Shown: positions 27,984 through 39,259 of the stretch, piece after piece
Layout of the letters: each line of letters begins with the position of its first letter
Position numbering within the stretch: the stretch's first letter is position 1
Source of the DNA: Nitrospirota bacterium
GTDB lineage: Bacteria > Nitrospirota > UBA9217
DNA length: 64,000 nt
Assembly: GCA_963845065.1 (NCBI GenBank)
Contig: CAWJQQ010000008.1
Location: 256,001 to 320,000 of the forward strand
Reading direction: 5' to 3'
Position numbers and translations under genes: made by a program
The notes under the pieces: generated by a model
Databases searched by the model: none
The model's input: only the letters and a program-made list of their open reading frames with translations
Told to the model about the DNA's origin: nothing

Positions 27984-29990
27984 ATGGCAAGATTTAGAAT
28001 CGTATCTAATTTTAAGCCTACAGGCGACCAGCCGCAGGCGATTGAAAAACTGTCCGAAGGCGTCATCAAAGGCCTCCCGCACCAAGTGCTCCTGGGCGTG
28101 ACCGGGTCAGGCAAGACTTTTACCATAGCGAACGTTGTGGAGCGGGTACAGAAACCCACGCTCGTTATTGCGCATAACAAAACACTGGCTGCGCAGTTAT
28201 ATAATGAGTTCAAGGAACTCTTTCCCGAGAACGCGGTAGAGTACTTCGTCTCCTATTACGATTACTACCAACCTGAGGCGTACCTGCCCACGACCGACAC
28301 CTATATAGAGAAAGATTCTTCCATCAACGAACAGATAGACCGCATGCGACACTCGGCAACGAATTCGCTTTTCGAACGGAGCGACGTGATCGTTGTGTCC
28401 TCGGTCTCCTGCATCTACGGCTTAGGCTCGCCGGAGGCCTACCATGGCATGCTGCTGTTTCTAGAAAAAGGCCAACAGATCGACCGGAATGAAATCCTCC
28501 GGAAACTCGTGGACATCCAGTATACACGGAACGACTTCGATTTTCAGCGAGGGACATTTCGGGTACGTGGTGACGTCGTAGAAATCTTTCCCGCGTCCTT
28601 TGAGAATACCGCTATCCGTGTCGAGATGTTCGGCGACGAGATTGATACGATCTCGGAGTTCGACCCCCTCCTGGGCACACCGCTCAAGAAACTCGAAAAG
28701 GTGGCCATTTATCCCGGCAGCCATTACGTGATCCCGGAATCGCGCATGAAAGAGGCCATCGACGGCATTCACGAAGAACTGCGGGAACGAATCCAGTATT
28801 TCCGCAAGATGAATAATCTGATCGAGGCCCAGCGCATCGAGCAGCGGACCATGTTCGACCTTGAAATGATCCAGGAAATGGGCTACTGCCATGGCATCGA
28901 GAATTACTCACGTCATCTGTCGGGACGGGCACCGGGAGAACCACCGCCGACCTTGCTCGATTACTTTCCCAAGGATTATTTGCTCGTCGTTGACGAGTCC
29001 CACGCCACGGTCCCGCAGATCGGCGGAATGTACAATGGCGACCGGGCGCGCAAACAGACGCTTGTGGACTTCGGCTTCCGTCTACCGTCGGCTCTCGATA
29101 ACCGTCCGTTAAACTTCGAGGAGTTCGAGGCTCGCGTGAAGCAAACCGTATATGTCTCAGCAACACCGGCAGATTTTGAGACGAATAAGTCCGGCAACCG
29201 GATCATTGAACAAGTAATTCGTCCGACGGGACTCACCGATCCGAAGATCGCGATCAGGCCAGCCAAGGGACAGGTTGACGATCTTTTGAACGAGATCAGG
29301 AAGCGGGCAGACGCAAAAGAGCGGGTGCTCGTGACCACGCTCACCAAGAGAATGGCGGAAGATCTGACTGAGCATTACAAAGAACTGAACGTGAAGGTCG
29401 CCTATTTACACTCTGATATCGATACTCTTGAGCGTGTGGACATTATTCGCGATTTGCGCATGGGCAAATACGATGTGCTCATCGGCATCAATCTGCTGCG
29501 TGAAGGGCTCGACATCCCCGAGGTATCTATGGTAGCGATCCTGGACGCGGACAAGGAAGGGTTCCTGCGTTCAGCGCGGTCTCTCATCCAAACCATGGGC
29601 CGCGCTGCCCGACATGTGAACGGTGAAGTCATTCTTTACGCAGAGAAGATCACCGATTCGATGAAAAATGCCATCAGTGAAACGAACCGCCGGCGAACTG
29701 TTCAGGAAGAGTACAACAAGAAGCATAACATCACCCCGATATCCATCAAGAAAAACATCCAGGCCGCGCTCAGGACAGTGTACGAACAGGATTACTTTAC
29801 CGTGCCGATCACTGCTGAGGATGCCGGGGAATACGTGCCGACGGTGAATATTCCAGCACTGATTGCTTCGCTCGACAAAAAGATGCGTGCGGCAGCTAAA
29901 GAGCTGGATTTCGAGACCGCAGCAGAGCTTCGGGATAAGATCAGATCACTCAGGCAGCAGGAGATGGCGGTAGGGGTGAAAGTGGAGTAA
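27984..29990 (+). CDS. uvrB: Excinuclease ABC subunit B
   Basis: [41 protein letters not shown]. Confidence 0.97.
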   Translation: MARFRIVSNFKPTGDQPQAIEKLSEGVIKGLPHQVLLGVTGSGKTFTIANVVERVQKPTLVIAHNKTLAAQLYNEFKELFPENAVEYFVSYYDYYQPEAYLPTTDTYIEKDSSINEQIDRMRHSATNSLFERSDVIVVSSVSCIYGLGSPEAYHGMLLFLEKGQQIDRNEILRKLVDIQYTRNDFDFQRGTFRVRGDVVEIFPASFENTAIRVEMFGDEIDTISEFDPLLGTPLKKLEKVAIYPGSHYVIPESRMKEAIDGIHEELRERIQYFRKMNNLIEAQRIEQRTMFDLEMIQEMGYCHGIENYSRHLSGRAPGEPPPTLLDYFPKDYLLVVDESHATVPQIGGMYNGDRARKQTLVDFGFRLPSALDNRPLNFEEFEARVKQTVYVSATPADFETNKSGNRIIEQVIRPTGLTDPKIAIRPAKGQVDDLLNEIRKRADAKERVLVTTLTKRMAEDLTEHYKELNVKVAYLHSDIDTLERVDIIRDLRMGKYDVLIGINLLREGLDIPEVSMVAILDADKEGFLRSARSLIQTMGRAARHVNGEVILYAEKITDSMKNAISETNRRRTVQEEYNKKHNITPISIKKNIQAALRTVYEQDYFTVPITAEDAGEYVPTVNIPALIASLDKKMRAAAKELDFETAAELRDKIRSLRQQEMAVGVKVE

Positions 29991-30023
29991 TAGCAGGGGT
30001 CAGTGGCAGTGGCAAGGACTAAC

Positions 30024-30581
30024 TTAATATCGTTGCGGCAATTCGTGTTTTCTTTTTAATAGATTTAGATGTACGGTGGCGCTGTTATCAGACAGCCAGA
30101 CCTGTCCATCTTGAATCGTGCATTGAAGCTGCATGGTGCGCTGCGCAAGTATTGCAAGCTCCTGGCTGGCTCCGGCAGGCACGCTGATGACAGCAAGATT
30201 TTTTAAACCTTCTAGGCCGCCCTTTATCTGCTTCCACCAAACGTCGGCACCGTGGCCGCTGAAGCTGTAGATGGCTACCTGCCTAGCGCGTCTGCAGGCC
30301 TTGCGGATGCGTTTCTCATCGGGCTGGCCCACATCGATCCAGAGCTCAATCGCACCGGTCAAATCCTTTTGCCACAACGCAGGCTCGTCATCAGTACTCA
30401 TCCCTTCAGCAAACAACAAGGCTTCATGCGCGTGAAGAGCAAAAGCGAGCAACCGCACCATCATGCGCTCGTCGTTTTCCGAGGGGTGGCGGGCGATGGT
30501 GAGGGAATGATCCTGGTAGTAATTGCGGTCCATGTCGCTTATATGGATCTCCACCTTAAAGATCGTTGCTTTCAAAGCCAT
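30024..30581 (-). CDS. yaeQ: YaeQ-family protein
   Basis: MALKATIFK, ARHPSENDERMMVRLLA, LWIDVGQPDEKRIRKA. Confidence 0.9.
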   Translation of the reverse strand: MALKATIFKVEIHISDMDRNYYQDHSLTIARHPSENDERMMVRLLAFALHAHEALLFAEGMSTDDEPALWQKDLTGAIELWIDVGQPDEKRIRKACRRARQVAIYSFSGHGADVWWKQIKGGLEGLKNLAVISVPAGASQELAILAQRTMQLQCTIQDGQVWLSDNSATVHLNLLKRKHELPQRY

Positions 30582-30828
30582 ATCAAAAACTCCGTTTCCG
30601 GACAAGCCTCAAAAAGTATCTCCTGGAGCACATAAGTGTCTCTTAGAGTAGTGGCTGGTTGGCACAGCTTTCGGTCAACAGATTTGGCTGGAGAACAACC
30701 AGGCCAGTAACATCAGCCCATGAATCGTGGCAACCATCTCTGCCGCATCTGAAAGCAAAATCAGCTGTGGCTTTCAGTAGCAATAGGGCCTGATTCGAGA
30801 ATCCTTGGCTTTCAGACCGGGGAGGATG

Positions 30829-31026
30829 TCAATAAGGGAGAATCGCTTTCACCCGACCGACAGCTCCGCTCTCAAGCCGGACCTTTATCCCATGTGGGTG
30901 CGTGGGAGATTTCGTCAGGACCTCTGCCACAATCCCCTCGGTCAAGTTACCGCTTCGTTGATCACTCTTCAACACGATCGAAACACGCAAGCCGCGTGCG
31001 ATATCGACACGTCTCGTCCCATCCAT
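30829..31026 (-). CDS. YwbE/DUF2196-family small protein
   Basis: IVLKSDQRSG.LTEG.V..LTKS..HPHGIKVRL..G.VGRV. Confidence 0.85.
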   Translation of the reverse strand: MDGTRRVDIARGLRVSIVLKSDQRSGNLTEGIVAEVLTKSPTHPHGIKVRLESGAVGRVKAILPY

Positions 31027-31269
31027 AGTGAAATCTCTCAAAGAAAGATACCGTGACGGTTTGATTAAGTAGTGCAGCCTACATTAAGTGAACATGAAAT
31101 GCAAGAATTTTGAAAGGCACATTCCACTCCGCCAAATAATAACGAACTACTGCCCTTGAAACGCAAGGAAGCAATGATCTCTAGAGGTTTCTCAAGCTTA
31201 ACCATCGGAGTTAACGACTTTTGTGAATTCCTAGCGCCTTCAATTTGTCCCAATAGACCAGCAACTTAC

Positions 31270-31318
31270 TGAACCATCCGCAGAAAGCCCCTGGTTTATG
31301 CCATGGGGGTGTGATCAG
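31270..31318 (+). mobile_element. 49-bp single-hairpin (PATE-like) derivative of the tnpB element
   Basis: TTAC|TGAACCATCCGCAGAAAGCCCCTGGTTTATGCCATGGGGGTGTGATCAG|; left part nearly identical to the left end at 22154. Confidence 0.85.
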
Positions 31319-32028
31319 TTTTTCACATCCACCATTAAAAGCTCGGCATCGTTGTCAGCAATTACATCAATGGCATTTTCTTCGGTTATCATTGCCGCGC
31401 CGAGCGTCGGCACTCTTATGCTGTTTACGGTTATCGGTCCTCCCTCCAGCACATAAAGATATATACCGCGTCCGATCTCAAGTTTATAGTGTTCGGTCTT
31501 CCCGGCATGAAGAAAACTGGAAAGCACTCTGGCATCGGAAACGATAGGAAGGGTGCCTTTATCCTGGTTCGATACCAAGGGCAGAAACCGGTCAGTCCTG
31601 TTTTCCTTCTCGATTGCTTTCTGTTCTACAGCGGGTTCGAGACCGCGTTTGGATGGATAGAACCACATTTGGATGAACCGCATCGGCTTGTCTGGACGGT
31701 TGTTGATCTCCGAGTGCCACATGCCGCGGCCCACCGTTGTATGCTGTACCCATCCTTTCTTGAGAACGCCACCTTTGCCATGCTCGTCCGCATGCCTGAA
31801 TTCTCCGTCGGCAACGTAGGTGACGACCTCGTTGTCTTGATGGGGATGGAGCGGCCAGACGGCGCCGGGTGTCAGCGTATCATCATTAAACACGCGGAGC
31901 TCGCCGAAATCCTTAAATCGCGGATCAAAGTAATCACCGAATGAGAAATGCCACCTGCCGTGGAAGTTGCCATTCTCGATTTCGCCGTCGATCTGATAAA
32001 TATTTTTGGGATCACGAACCTGTATCAT
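31315..32028 (-). CDS. Pirin-family protein (YhhW-like)
   Basis: HFSFGDYFDP, LRVFNDD, HPHQDNEVVTYV, GRGMWHSE, FIQMW. Confidence 0.92.
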   Translation of the reverse strand: MIQVRDPKNIYQIDGEIENGNFHGRWHFSFGDYFDPRFKDFGELRVFNDDTLTPGAVWPLHPHQDNEVVTYVADGEFRHADEHGKGGVLKKGWVQHTTVGRGMWHSEINNRPDKPMRFIQMWFYPSKRGLEPAVEQKAIEKENRTDRFLPLVSNQDKGTLPIVSDARVLSSFLHAGKTEHYKLEIGRGIYLYVLEGGPITVNSIRVPTLGAAMITEENAIDVIADNDAELLMVDVKN

Positions 32029-32258
32029 AGTGAACCTCCCCTCCATAAAATAGGAGTTATATGCTCTGATTATATTATACATCTGGGAGTATAACTGGGA
32101 TCAACTCTTTATTGTAAACTCTGGAGGCATAAAGATTTTGCATGAAGATTGTGTCCATCGAACACACCTATCCAGTTTTTATATGGATGATTGAGATTCC
32201 CTCCAGAACTCAAATCTGCACTCCGCAATGGGTTTATCCGTGGTACAATATTCTTGAA

Positions 32259-34100
32259 ATGACCCTCAAAGAAAAACTTCAGAACCTCCCAAACGAGCCG
32301 GGAGTTTATATGATGAAGGACAGCCGGGGACACATTATCTACATAGGCAAGGCCGTGTCTCTCTGGAACCGAGTGAATTCCTATTTTCAAAAAGGGACGA
32401 AGGGAGAGAAGACCGAGATCATGGTGCGCCAAATTGCGGACCTCGAGACCATCGTGACGCATACCGAACTCGAGGCCCTCGTCTTGGAATCCAATCTCAT
32501 TAAAAAGCACCATCCCCGATACAACATCATCCTCCGCGACGACAAAAACTATCCTTACCTCCGTTTCGACATCAAGGCCGACTATCCGCAGCTCGAAGTT
32601 GTCCGACGATTGAAAAAAGACGGGGCAACGTATTACGGGCCCTACGTCCCCGCAGGTGGCATGTGGGAGACCCTTGCACTCATCCGCCGGACCTTTCCGC
32701 TAGCCTCGTGCAGGAAAGAACTGGGAAAGAAGCCGGAGCGTGTCTGCGTCCAGTTCCAGATCGGACGGTGCCTGGGGCCGTGCACGGGCGAAGTTGACAA
32801 GGCTGCGTATTCCGATGTCGTTTCCCAGGTCCGGTTCTTCCTAGAAGGCAAGAACCGCGACCTCCTCGACATGCTGAAGCACCGTATGGAAGAAGCGTCG
32901 GAAAAGACGGAGTACGAGCGTGCTGCGGAGCTCAGAGACCGGATAACAAAGATCGAAGGGGCCTTCGAGAAGCAAAAGATGATTTCCCCGGGATTCGAGA
33001 ACCAGGACGTGATCGGCATCGCGTCCGAGGCCGGCCGCGCGGACATTCAGATTCTTTTCATCAGGAACGGCATGATGCTCGGCAGGAAGGATTTCTATCT
33101 CGATGATGTGCGCGGTTTCGCGGATGATGATATCCTCGCCGACTTTCTGCATCAGTTTTACGCCAAGGAGATGATCATTCCTGCAGAAGTCCTGCTGTCT
33201 ACTGACGTGCCAGACCGCGAAGTGTTCGAGAACTGGCTCACCGAAAGACGTCGGAATGGCAAGGTTGATGTACAGGTTCCTCAGCGCGGTCGAAAGCGCG
33301 AGCTTGTCCAGATGGCATCGGACAATGCGGCGCAGTCACTACTTGAACATACACTTTCCCGGAGAAGCAAGGAGAAGATCCTAATGCGGCTCCAGGAGGA
33401 GTTAGGGCTCAGGAATTTGCCGCGCAGGATCGAAGCATTCGACATTTCGCAGATTCAGGGAACAGAAGCTGTTGCGAGCATGGTCAGCTTCGAGAACAAC
33501 CTCCCGGATAAACGGCATTACAAGCGGTTTAAAATAAAGACTGTGACTGCCCAAGACGATTTTGCGAGCATGGCAGAGGTGATTCGGCGGCGATATACGA
33601 GGGCTAAAGAGGAAGGAATACTTCCCGACCTCATCCTGATCGACGGAGGCAAAGGACAGCTTAATTCTGCTCTCGATGTCCTCAAGGAATTGGAAATTGT
33701 CGAGCCAGATGTGATCGGTCTTGCCAAAGCGCGGAGCGGTGACGAAGGCGCTGAACGGGAATTTGAAAGAGTATTTCTTCCGGGCGTTGAAGAACCTGTC
33801 ATTCTTGATCCCATGAGTGCCACCACCCACCTTGTAGCTCGTGTGCGAGATGAGGCGCACCGCTTTGCTATCACTTATCATCGCAAGCTCAGAGAGAAGC
33901 GGGCCGTGCATTCGGAGCTAGATGATATTCCCGGTATCGGAGAAACACGGAAAAAAGCGCTGCTTCGTTACTTTGGGAGCGTGGGGAAAATTAAGGTCGC
34001 GACAGTGGAGGAACTGGCTGCCGTTGCCGGGATGACAAGGAAGGCAGCGGATGAGATCGTATCCTGGATGAGCAAGCAGCAAAACGCACCTGATAACTAG
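32259..34100 (+). CDS. uvrC: Excinuclease ABC subunit C
   Basis: GIY-YIG (PGVYMM..IYIGKA), RIEAFDIS, LIDGGKGQL, RDEAHRFA, HhH tail. Confidence 0.96.
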   Translation: MTLKEKLQNLPNEPGVYMMKDSRGHIIYIGKAVSLWNRVNSYFQKGTKGEKTEIMVRQIADLETIVTHTELEALVLESNLIKKHHPRYNIILRDDKNYPYLRFDIKADYPQLEVVRRLKKDGATYYGPYVPAGGMWETLALIRRTFPLASCRKELGKKPERVCVQFQIGRCLGPCTGEVDKAAYSDVVSQVRFFLEGKNRDLLDMLKHRMEEASEKTEYERAAELRDRITKIEGAFEKQKMISPGFENQDVIGIASEAGRADIQILFIRNGMMLGRKDFYLDDVRGFADDDILADFLHQFYAKEMIIPAEVLLSTDVPDREVFENWLTERRRNGKVDVQVPQRGRKRELVQMASDNAAQSLLEHTLSRRSKEKILMRLQEELGLRNLPRRIEAFDISQIQGTEAVASMVSFENNLPDKRHYKRFKIKTVTAQDDFASMAEVIRRRYTRAKEEGILPDLILIDGGKGQLNSALDVLKELEIVEPDVIGLAKARSGDEGAEREFERVFLPGVEEPVILDPMSATTHLVARVRDEAHRFAITYHRKLREKRAVHSELDDIPGIGETRKKALLRYFGSVGKIKVATVEELAAVAGMTRKAADEIVSWMSKQQNAPDN

Positions 34101-34183
34101 CTTGCCTGCTCTTACGCCCGTTATTTAGGAAAATCGCGAGGGAAACCCTGTATGCTTGGGGTGGAGCGTCACAAGGAGTTTTC

Positions 34184-35023
34184 ATGACTAACGAACAATG
34201 GCTGGACATTTTCAAGCAGATCGGGAAAAAAATGTGTGAAGGTATTTCTGCGACCCTAAACAAGAAAGGTGGCACGGTACCGTTGGGCAAGGGCGCGGGC
34301 GGTGACAAGACCTTTCCGGTGGATAAGTGGGCGGAGGACATCATCATCGCAGTGCTTGAGAGCGCGCACCGTGAAGGCGAGACCTTCACGCTTATTTCCG
34401 AGGAACTCGGCGTTAGGAAGTTCGGACAAGGCAATAAGATTGTTCTCGTTGATCCCATCGACGGAAGTAATAACGCAAAGAGCGGGATCCCATTTTTTTC
34501 TACATCGATGGCACTACTGAACAGCGACACACTGGATACACTTGCCGTGGGCTATGTGATCAACCTTGCGGCTGGCGATGAGTTCTGGGCTCTACGCGGA
34601 AACGGTGCATACAAAAATGGAGTGCGCATCAGGACTTCTGAAGTTGAGGGCATCGCGATCGTGGCATACGAGGCATCGTCACCGAAATCAGATCTACCAC
34701 GCCTCATGCCGCTACTTGCGCAAGCGAAGCGTACTCGTTGTTTTGGCTCTACGGCGCTCGACCTCGCTTACCTCGCTTCGGGAGCTATGAGCGTGTTTGC
34801 GACCGCTACGGCATCGCGTGCCTTTGATTACGCAGCCGGCATGCTGATTCTTGTTGAGGCGGGCGGTGTGATTACCGATCTTACCGGGGGAACGCTCGAC
34901 CGAGTTGTCGTTGGCCTTGAGCGGACTGCTCCGCTACTAGCAAGCAAGAACAAGGCAACCCACGTGATGGCGTTGAGCATGCTGCGCAGTCAAGATAATA
35001 AGTCCCCCAGTATTGACATGTAA
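34184..35023 (+). CDS. Inositol monophosphatase / FBPase family protein
   Basis: GAGGDKT..VD, SEE.G, DPIDGS.NA, D.AAG. Confidence 0.88.
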   Translation: MTNEQWLDIFKQIGKKMCEGISATLNKKGGTVPLGKGAGGDKTFPVDKWAEDIIIAVLESAHREGETFTLISEELGVRKFGQGNKIVLVDPIDGSNNAKSGIPFFSTSMALLNSDTLDTLAVGYVINLAAGDEFWALRGNGAYKNGVRIRTSEVEGIAIVAYEASSPKSDLPRLMPLLAQAKRTRCFGSTALDLAYLASGAMSVFATATASRAFDYAAGMLILVEAGGVITDLTGGTLDRVVVGLERTAPLLASKNKATHVMALSMLRSQDNKSPSIDM

Positions 35024-35046
35024 TTCTTTTTATGTAATTATGAAGC

Positions 35047-35970
35047 ATGGCATTAGTTAACCACACCACGCGAGAGATTAACGCGAAGATCGTTTATTAC
35101 GGGCCCGGCCTTTGTGGTAAAACGACAAACATCCATCTGATCTATCACCGTATCGCTCCCACGCAACGCGGCAAACTGATTTCACTGGCCACGGAGACAG
35201 ACAGGACGCTGTTCTTCGATTTTCTGCCCGTTGAACTCGGAACCATCAAGAATTACAAGGTGCGGTTCCATCTCTATACAGTTCCGGGCCAGGTTTTTTA
35301 CAATGCTACCCGCAAACTCGTGCTGAAAGGCGCGGACGGCGTGATTTTTGTGATCGATTCCCAGCGCGCCATGGTGGACGCAAACCTCGAGAGCCTGACG
35401 AATCTGCGCGACAACTTTGCTGAGCAGGGTGTTAACTTGGCAGAGTTCCCCATGGTTATCCAGTACAACAAACGGGACCTGCCTGACATTCTTTCCGTCG
35501 AGGAGTTGAACGCTGTTATGAACCCGCGTAGAGTGCCGTTCTACGAAGCTATTGCAAAAACGGGTGAGGGCGTACTCAAAACGTTTACAGCGATATCAAA
35601 ACTGGTGCTTCAAGACCTGCAAAAATATCCTGAACGGCATAACTTCACTCTGAGTGATATCATGGGCAATTCCGTAACCAAGCAGGAGACGCCTCAGGAC
35701 ATTATGCGGGAAATGCCCTCAACCGAACCATCGATGCCCGGAGCTCCTATGGCTGAGGCAAAGCCGGAAATGGCGGCCCTGGAGCAGGCTGTTGATGCAG
35801 GGATGAAGGTAAATGTTGGTAAAGCGGTCATGGAAGATGGCCAAATCGTCCTTCCCTTTGATCTCATAACACGGGACCGTGAAGATCAGTACCAGCTTCG
35901 AGTTGCGATTGATATGGCGGCGCCCGTATCCAAGCGGTTCAGGATTATCGTGAAGAGTTTTAAAAAGTGA
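35047..35970 (+). CDS. mglA: MglA-family small GTPase with C-terminal extension
   Basis: KIVYYGPGLCGKTTN, LATETDRTLFFDFLP, YTVPGQVFY, QYNKRD. Confidence 0.88.
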   Translation: MALVNHTTREINAKIVYYGPGLCGKTTNIHLIYHRIAPTQRGKLISLATETDRTLFFDFLPVELGTIKNYKVRFHLYTVPGQVFYNATRKLVLKGADGVIFVIDSQRAMVDANLESLTNLRDNFAEQGVNLAEFPMVIQYNKRDLPDILSVEELNAVMNPRRVPFYEAIAKTGEGVLKTFTAISKLVLQDLQKYPERHNFTLSDIMGNSVTKQETPQDIMREMPSTEPSMPGAPMAEAKPEMAALEQAVDAGMKVNVGKAVMEDGQIVLPFDLITRDREDQYQLRVAIDMAAPVSKRFRIIVKSFKK

Positions 35971-36073
35971 TCTGCTGACACAGACAAAATAATATTTTTG
36001 CCGACGAGTAAATACAGCGGGTTTAAGTCTAGTTAGTCTGAATATTGTGCAGTGAACTCGTAGTGAGGTTCCT

Positions 36074-36787
36074 ATGTCAAAAGTGACGGCACTCATTCCA
36101 GCGGCAGGCGTGGGAAAACGCATGGGCAAAGCCGTTGCGAAGCAATTCCTTCCGCTCGGCGATATGCCTATGCTCGCGCACACCCTCCTTGCATTTCAGC
36201 GGACCACCGAGGTTGACGAAGTCATCCCCATCCTTTCGCAGGAAGACATGGAAGGGTGTTTAAAGGACGTAATCGAACAGTTCCATATAACCAAAGTGCG
36301 GACACTCGTCGTCGGCGGCAAGGAACGGCAAGATTCTGTCGCTAACGGTCTCCATAAGCTGGAGAAGGACACGGCAATCGTGTTGGTTCACGATGCCGTA
36401 CGGCCTTTTGTGACTACTGAGATGATCAGGGAGTCGATTGATTATGCTAAAAAGGGCGAGTGTGTGGCCGTCGGGGTTCCACTCAAGGATACAGTCAAAG
36501 AGGTGAACGCTAAAAGAATGGTTGTTCAGACACTTGAGCGGAGCAGGCTGTGGGCCATACAGACGCCGCAGACATTTCCAGTGAAGGTTATAAAGCAGGC
36601 CTACGAGGCAGCGCAGAAACAGAATATGTATGGTACTGACGATGCTATGCTGGTTGAACGGGCCGGAAACCAGGTCCGTGTGATCATGGGGAGCTACGAG
36701 AATATCAAAATTACTACACCTGAAGATCTCCTGCTTGCGGAAGAGATCCTGAAGAGGAGGTATGATGCGGATCGGAATAGGGTATGA
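36074..36787 (+). CDS. ispD: 2-C-methyl-D-erythritol 4-phosphate cytidylyltransferase
   Basis: [36 protein letters not shown]. Confidence 0.95.
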   Translation: MSKVTALIPAAGVGKRMGKAVAKQFLPLGDMPMLAHTLLAFQRTTEVDEVIPILSQEDMEGCLKDVIEQFHITKVRTLVVGGKERQDSVANGLHKLEKDTAIVLVHDAVRPFVTTEMIRESIDYAKKGECVAVGVPLKDTVKEVNAKRMVVQTLERSRLWAIQTPQTFPVKVIKQAYEAAQKQNMYGTDDAMLVERAGNQVRVIMGSYENIKITTPEDLLLAEEILKRRYDADRNRV

Positions 36788-37241
36788 TGTCCACCGTCTC
36801 GTTTCGGGCCGAAAGCTCATGATCGGCGGTGTGGAAATCCCCTCTGAGGCGGGTCTGCTGGGCCATTCGGATGCGGACGTCCTGCTTCATGCTATTTGCG
36901 ATGCATTGCTAGGAGCCGCGTGTCTCGGTGACATCGGCAGGCACTTTCCGGACACGGCGCCAAAATACAAAGGAATTTCCAGCCTGGTTCTGCTTGAGGA
37001 AGTATACCGGCTCTTAGGGGAAGCGGGATTTGAAGTGAACAATATCGATGCCACAATTGTCGCGGACAAGCCGAAAATGGCTCCGCACATACGGGCGATG
37101 GTGGAAAATATCGCTGCGGTGGTCAAAACCGATTGGTCTGTGGTAAACGTGAAAGCCACGACAACGGAAGGACTCGGCTTCACGGGACGCGGCGAAGGGA
37201 TGGCGGCGTATGCGGTCTGCACAATCAAGAAATCGGCGTAA
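36762..37241 (+). CDS. ispF: MECDP synthase
   Basis: [34 protein letters not shown]. Confidence 0.96.
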   Translation: MMRIGIGYDVHRLVSGRKLMIGGVEIPSEAGLLGHSDADVLLHAICDALLGAACLGDIGRHFPDTAPKYKGISSLVLLEEVYRLLGEAGFEVNNIDATIVADKPKMAPHIRAMVENIAAVVKTDWSVVNVKATTTEGLGFTGRGEGMAAYAVCTIKKSA

Positions 37242-37836
37242 TGACATTTGGTTCGGCTATATCATCGTAGCCTGTCTTTTGATTTTTGTCGTGCCGGCCT
37301 ATGCGCAGACAGGCGGACAGGCTGTCGAGCAGGATAAAGGGCAGGCGAAAGAACAGGAACAGGAGAAACACTTTCTCTACGAGTGGACCGATAGTAACGG
37401 AGGCGTACACATTACTGATCAGCCAGGTTCGGTCCCCGAACGATACCGCTCTACGGTTCGACAGGTGAAGGCCCCGCCTGAAGAAGAAACAGAGACAATT
37501 AAACAACGCAGTTTCCCGGATTCCGGACTTTCAGATAATGGCAGGAATGATTCAGATGGCAAGCAAGCCTGGCACCAGCGCATGCAGGAAGCAAAAAGGC
37601 ATCTCGCAGATCTCGAGCAGCAATACCAGGCGCTTGATCAAAAAAGGAACGAGGTGCTGGGAAGATGGGGAGGCATCGCATCCGGGCATCTTGAGGATAG
37701 AGAGGAAGCAGCTCGCATCGAGCAGGAGATGATACAAGTTCAGCAGGAGATCAGCGACACCCGGAACCAGGTTGAGGTTACGATCCCGGACGAAGCGCGC
37801 AAGGCGGGAATCCCCCCAGGATGGCTTAGGGAGTGA
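37210..37836 (+). CDS. Exported DUF4124-like protein with coiled-coil tail (start uncertain)
   Basis: Signal-like segment, [23 protein letters not shown], ends [13 protein letters not shown]. Confidence 0.75.
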   Translation: MRSAQSRNRRNDIWFGYIIVACLLIFVVPAYAQTGGQAVEQDKGQAKEQEQEKHFLYEWTDSNGGVHITDQPGSVPERYRSTVRQVKAPPEEETETIKQRSFPDSGLSDNGRNDSDGKQAWHQRMQEAKRHLADLEQQYQALDQKRNEVLGRWGGIASGHLEDREEAARIEQEMIQVQQEISDTRNQVEVTIPDEARKAGIPPGWLRE

Positions 37837-37939
37837 GGGCGGAATTGCACATTTCCGACTTTGGATCGCCAAATAACAGCGAAGTCAATTCCGTATTTTT
37901 TTGTCAGCTAGCTGCATCTCTCCTTTTAAAAATAATTAA

Positions 37940-38599
37940 ATGATCGAGATATTTCGCAAGATAAATAAAGATTTTCATGCCGCGCTTTCCATGGATCCTG
38001 CTGCAACGAGCAAGGTCGAAGTCGCCCTTACTTATGCGGGATTCCACGCCCTGTTGATCCATCGTTTGGCGCATTGGCTGCTAAAAAAAAGACTACCCTT
38101 TATCCCAAGGGCGCTTTCACAGTTTGCGCGTTTCCTAACCGGCATAGAAATCCATCCGGGAGCGATCATCGGATCAGGTCTGTTCATCGACCATGGCATG
38201 GGTGTGGTGATAGGAGAAACCACTGAAATCGGCGACAATGTCACTCTCTTCCAGGGCATCACTCTGGGAGGGACCGGTAAACAGCGGGGGAAACGTCATC
38301 CCACGTTAGGCAACCATGTTGTCGTCGGCGCCGGGGCTAAGGTGCTTGGCCCCATTAAGATAGGCGACTATGTCAAAATCGGCGCGAATTCGGTAGTGCT
38401 CCAGGACGTGCCTGACCACTCGACCGTGGTCGGCATACCGGGGCGGATCGTACGTATCAAAGACGAGCGAGTGCCTGATGAAGCGCTCCTGGATCATATC
38501 AACATACCTGACCCCATTGCTGATAGGCTTATCGACCTGCAGCTTCAGATTGACAAGTTGCAGAAGGATTTGGAGAGCATCATGAAGTTGAAGGGCTGA
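37940..38599 (+). CDS. cysE: Serine O-acetyltransferase
   Basis: [32 protein letters not shown]. Confidence 0.95.
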   Translation: MIEIFRKINKDFHAALSMDPAATSKVEVALTYAGFHALLIHRLAHWLLKKRLPFIPRALSQFARFLTGIEIHPGAIIGSGLFIDHGMGVVIGETTEIGDNVTLFQGITLGGTGKQRGKRHPTLGNHVVVGAGAKVLGPIKIGDYVKIGANSVVLQDVPDHSTVVGIPGRIVRIKDERVPDEALLDHINIPDPIADRLIDLQLQIDKLQKDLESIMKLKG

Positions 38600-38656
38600 T
38601 AGAAGTTTATCATCCTTGATGAGAAAATGGTACGGATGCTAACTTGCTACTGCGAG

Positions 38657-39082
38657 TCATTCCTCCACGACTTTGTAGCTGTGCGTTATCGTTCCCGTCT
38701 TAGCGAGCGTTGCACCGACTGAACAATATTTTTCTAAGGACAGCTTGATCGCCCGTTCCACGGCTTCTTTCTCGACACCCTTGCCGCGGACCACATATTC
38801 GATATGAACTTCCTTGTACACATTTGGATAATCGTCGGTCTTTTCCCCCTTGACATTGATCTCAAGTCCGATGACGGGCTGACGTTTTTTCCGCAGTATT
38901 GATATTACATCCATACCCGAGCAACCGCCGAATCCGACAAGTAATAGTTCCATGGGCCGAAAACCGGTGTTGTGCCCCCCCGATACATCGTCTGCATCCA
39001 TGTTCAGTGTGTGTCCGGATGAGGCTTTTCCCGAAAAATGCATGTCATTAACAAGCGTTACTTTAGCTTCAACCATGTTCAT
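38657..39082 (-). CDS. OsmC/YhfA-family protein
   Basis: RPMELLL...GCSGMDV, LSLEKYCSV; AAGGAG RBS before ATG 39082. Confidence 0.88.
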   Translation of the reverse strand: MNMVEAKVTLVNDMHFSGKASSGHTLNMDADDVSGGHNTGFRPMELLLVGFGGCSGMDVISILRKKRQPVIGLEINVKGEKTDDYPNVYKEVHIEYVVRGKGVEKEAVERAIKLSLEKYCSVGATLAKTGTITHSYKVVEE

Positions 39083-39216
39083 CCCACTCCTTAATAAATG
39101 AATTATTTCGTTCATGATAGCAAAAGAGACGGACCGTGTCAATGTCGGATGGAGCACGGCGGGCATTGAGCTCGACAATGTTTATCGTACCGCATAACTT
39201 TTCATGCTACAATTAC

Positions 39217-39259
39217 ACATTGTCTACAGAAAGCCCGGTTAACCTTGGGGAGTGGTCAG
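39217..39259 (+). mobile_element. 43-bp degenerate single-hairpin derivative of the tnpB element
   Basis: TTAC|ACATTGTCTACAGAAAGCCCGGTTAACCTTGGGGAGTGGTCAG|; the terminal TGGGGAGTGGTCAG is identical to the right end at 23804-23817. Confidence 0.75.
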
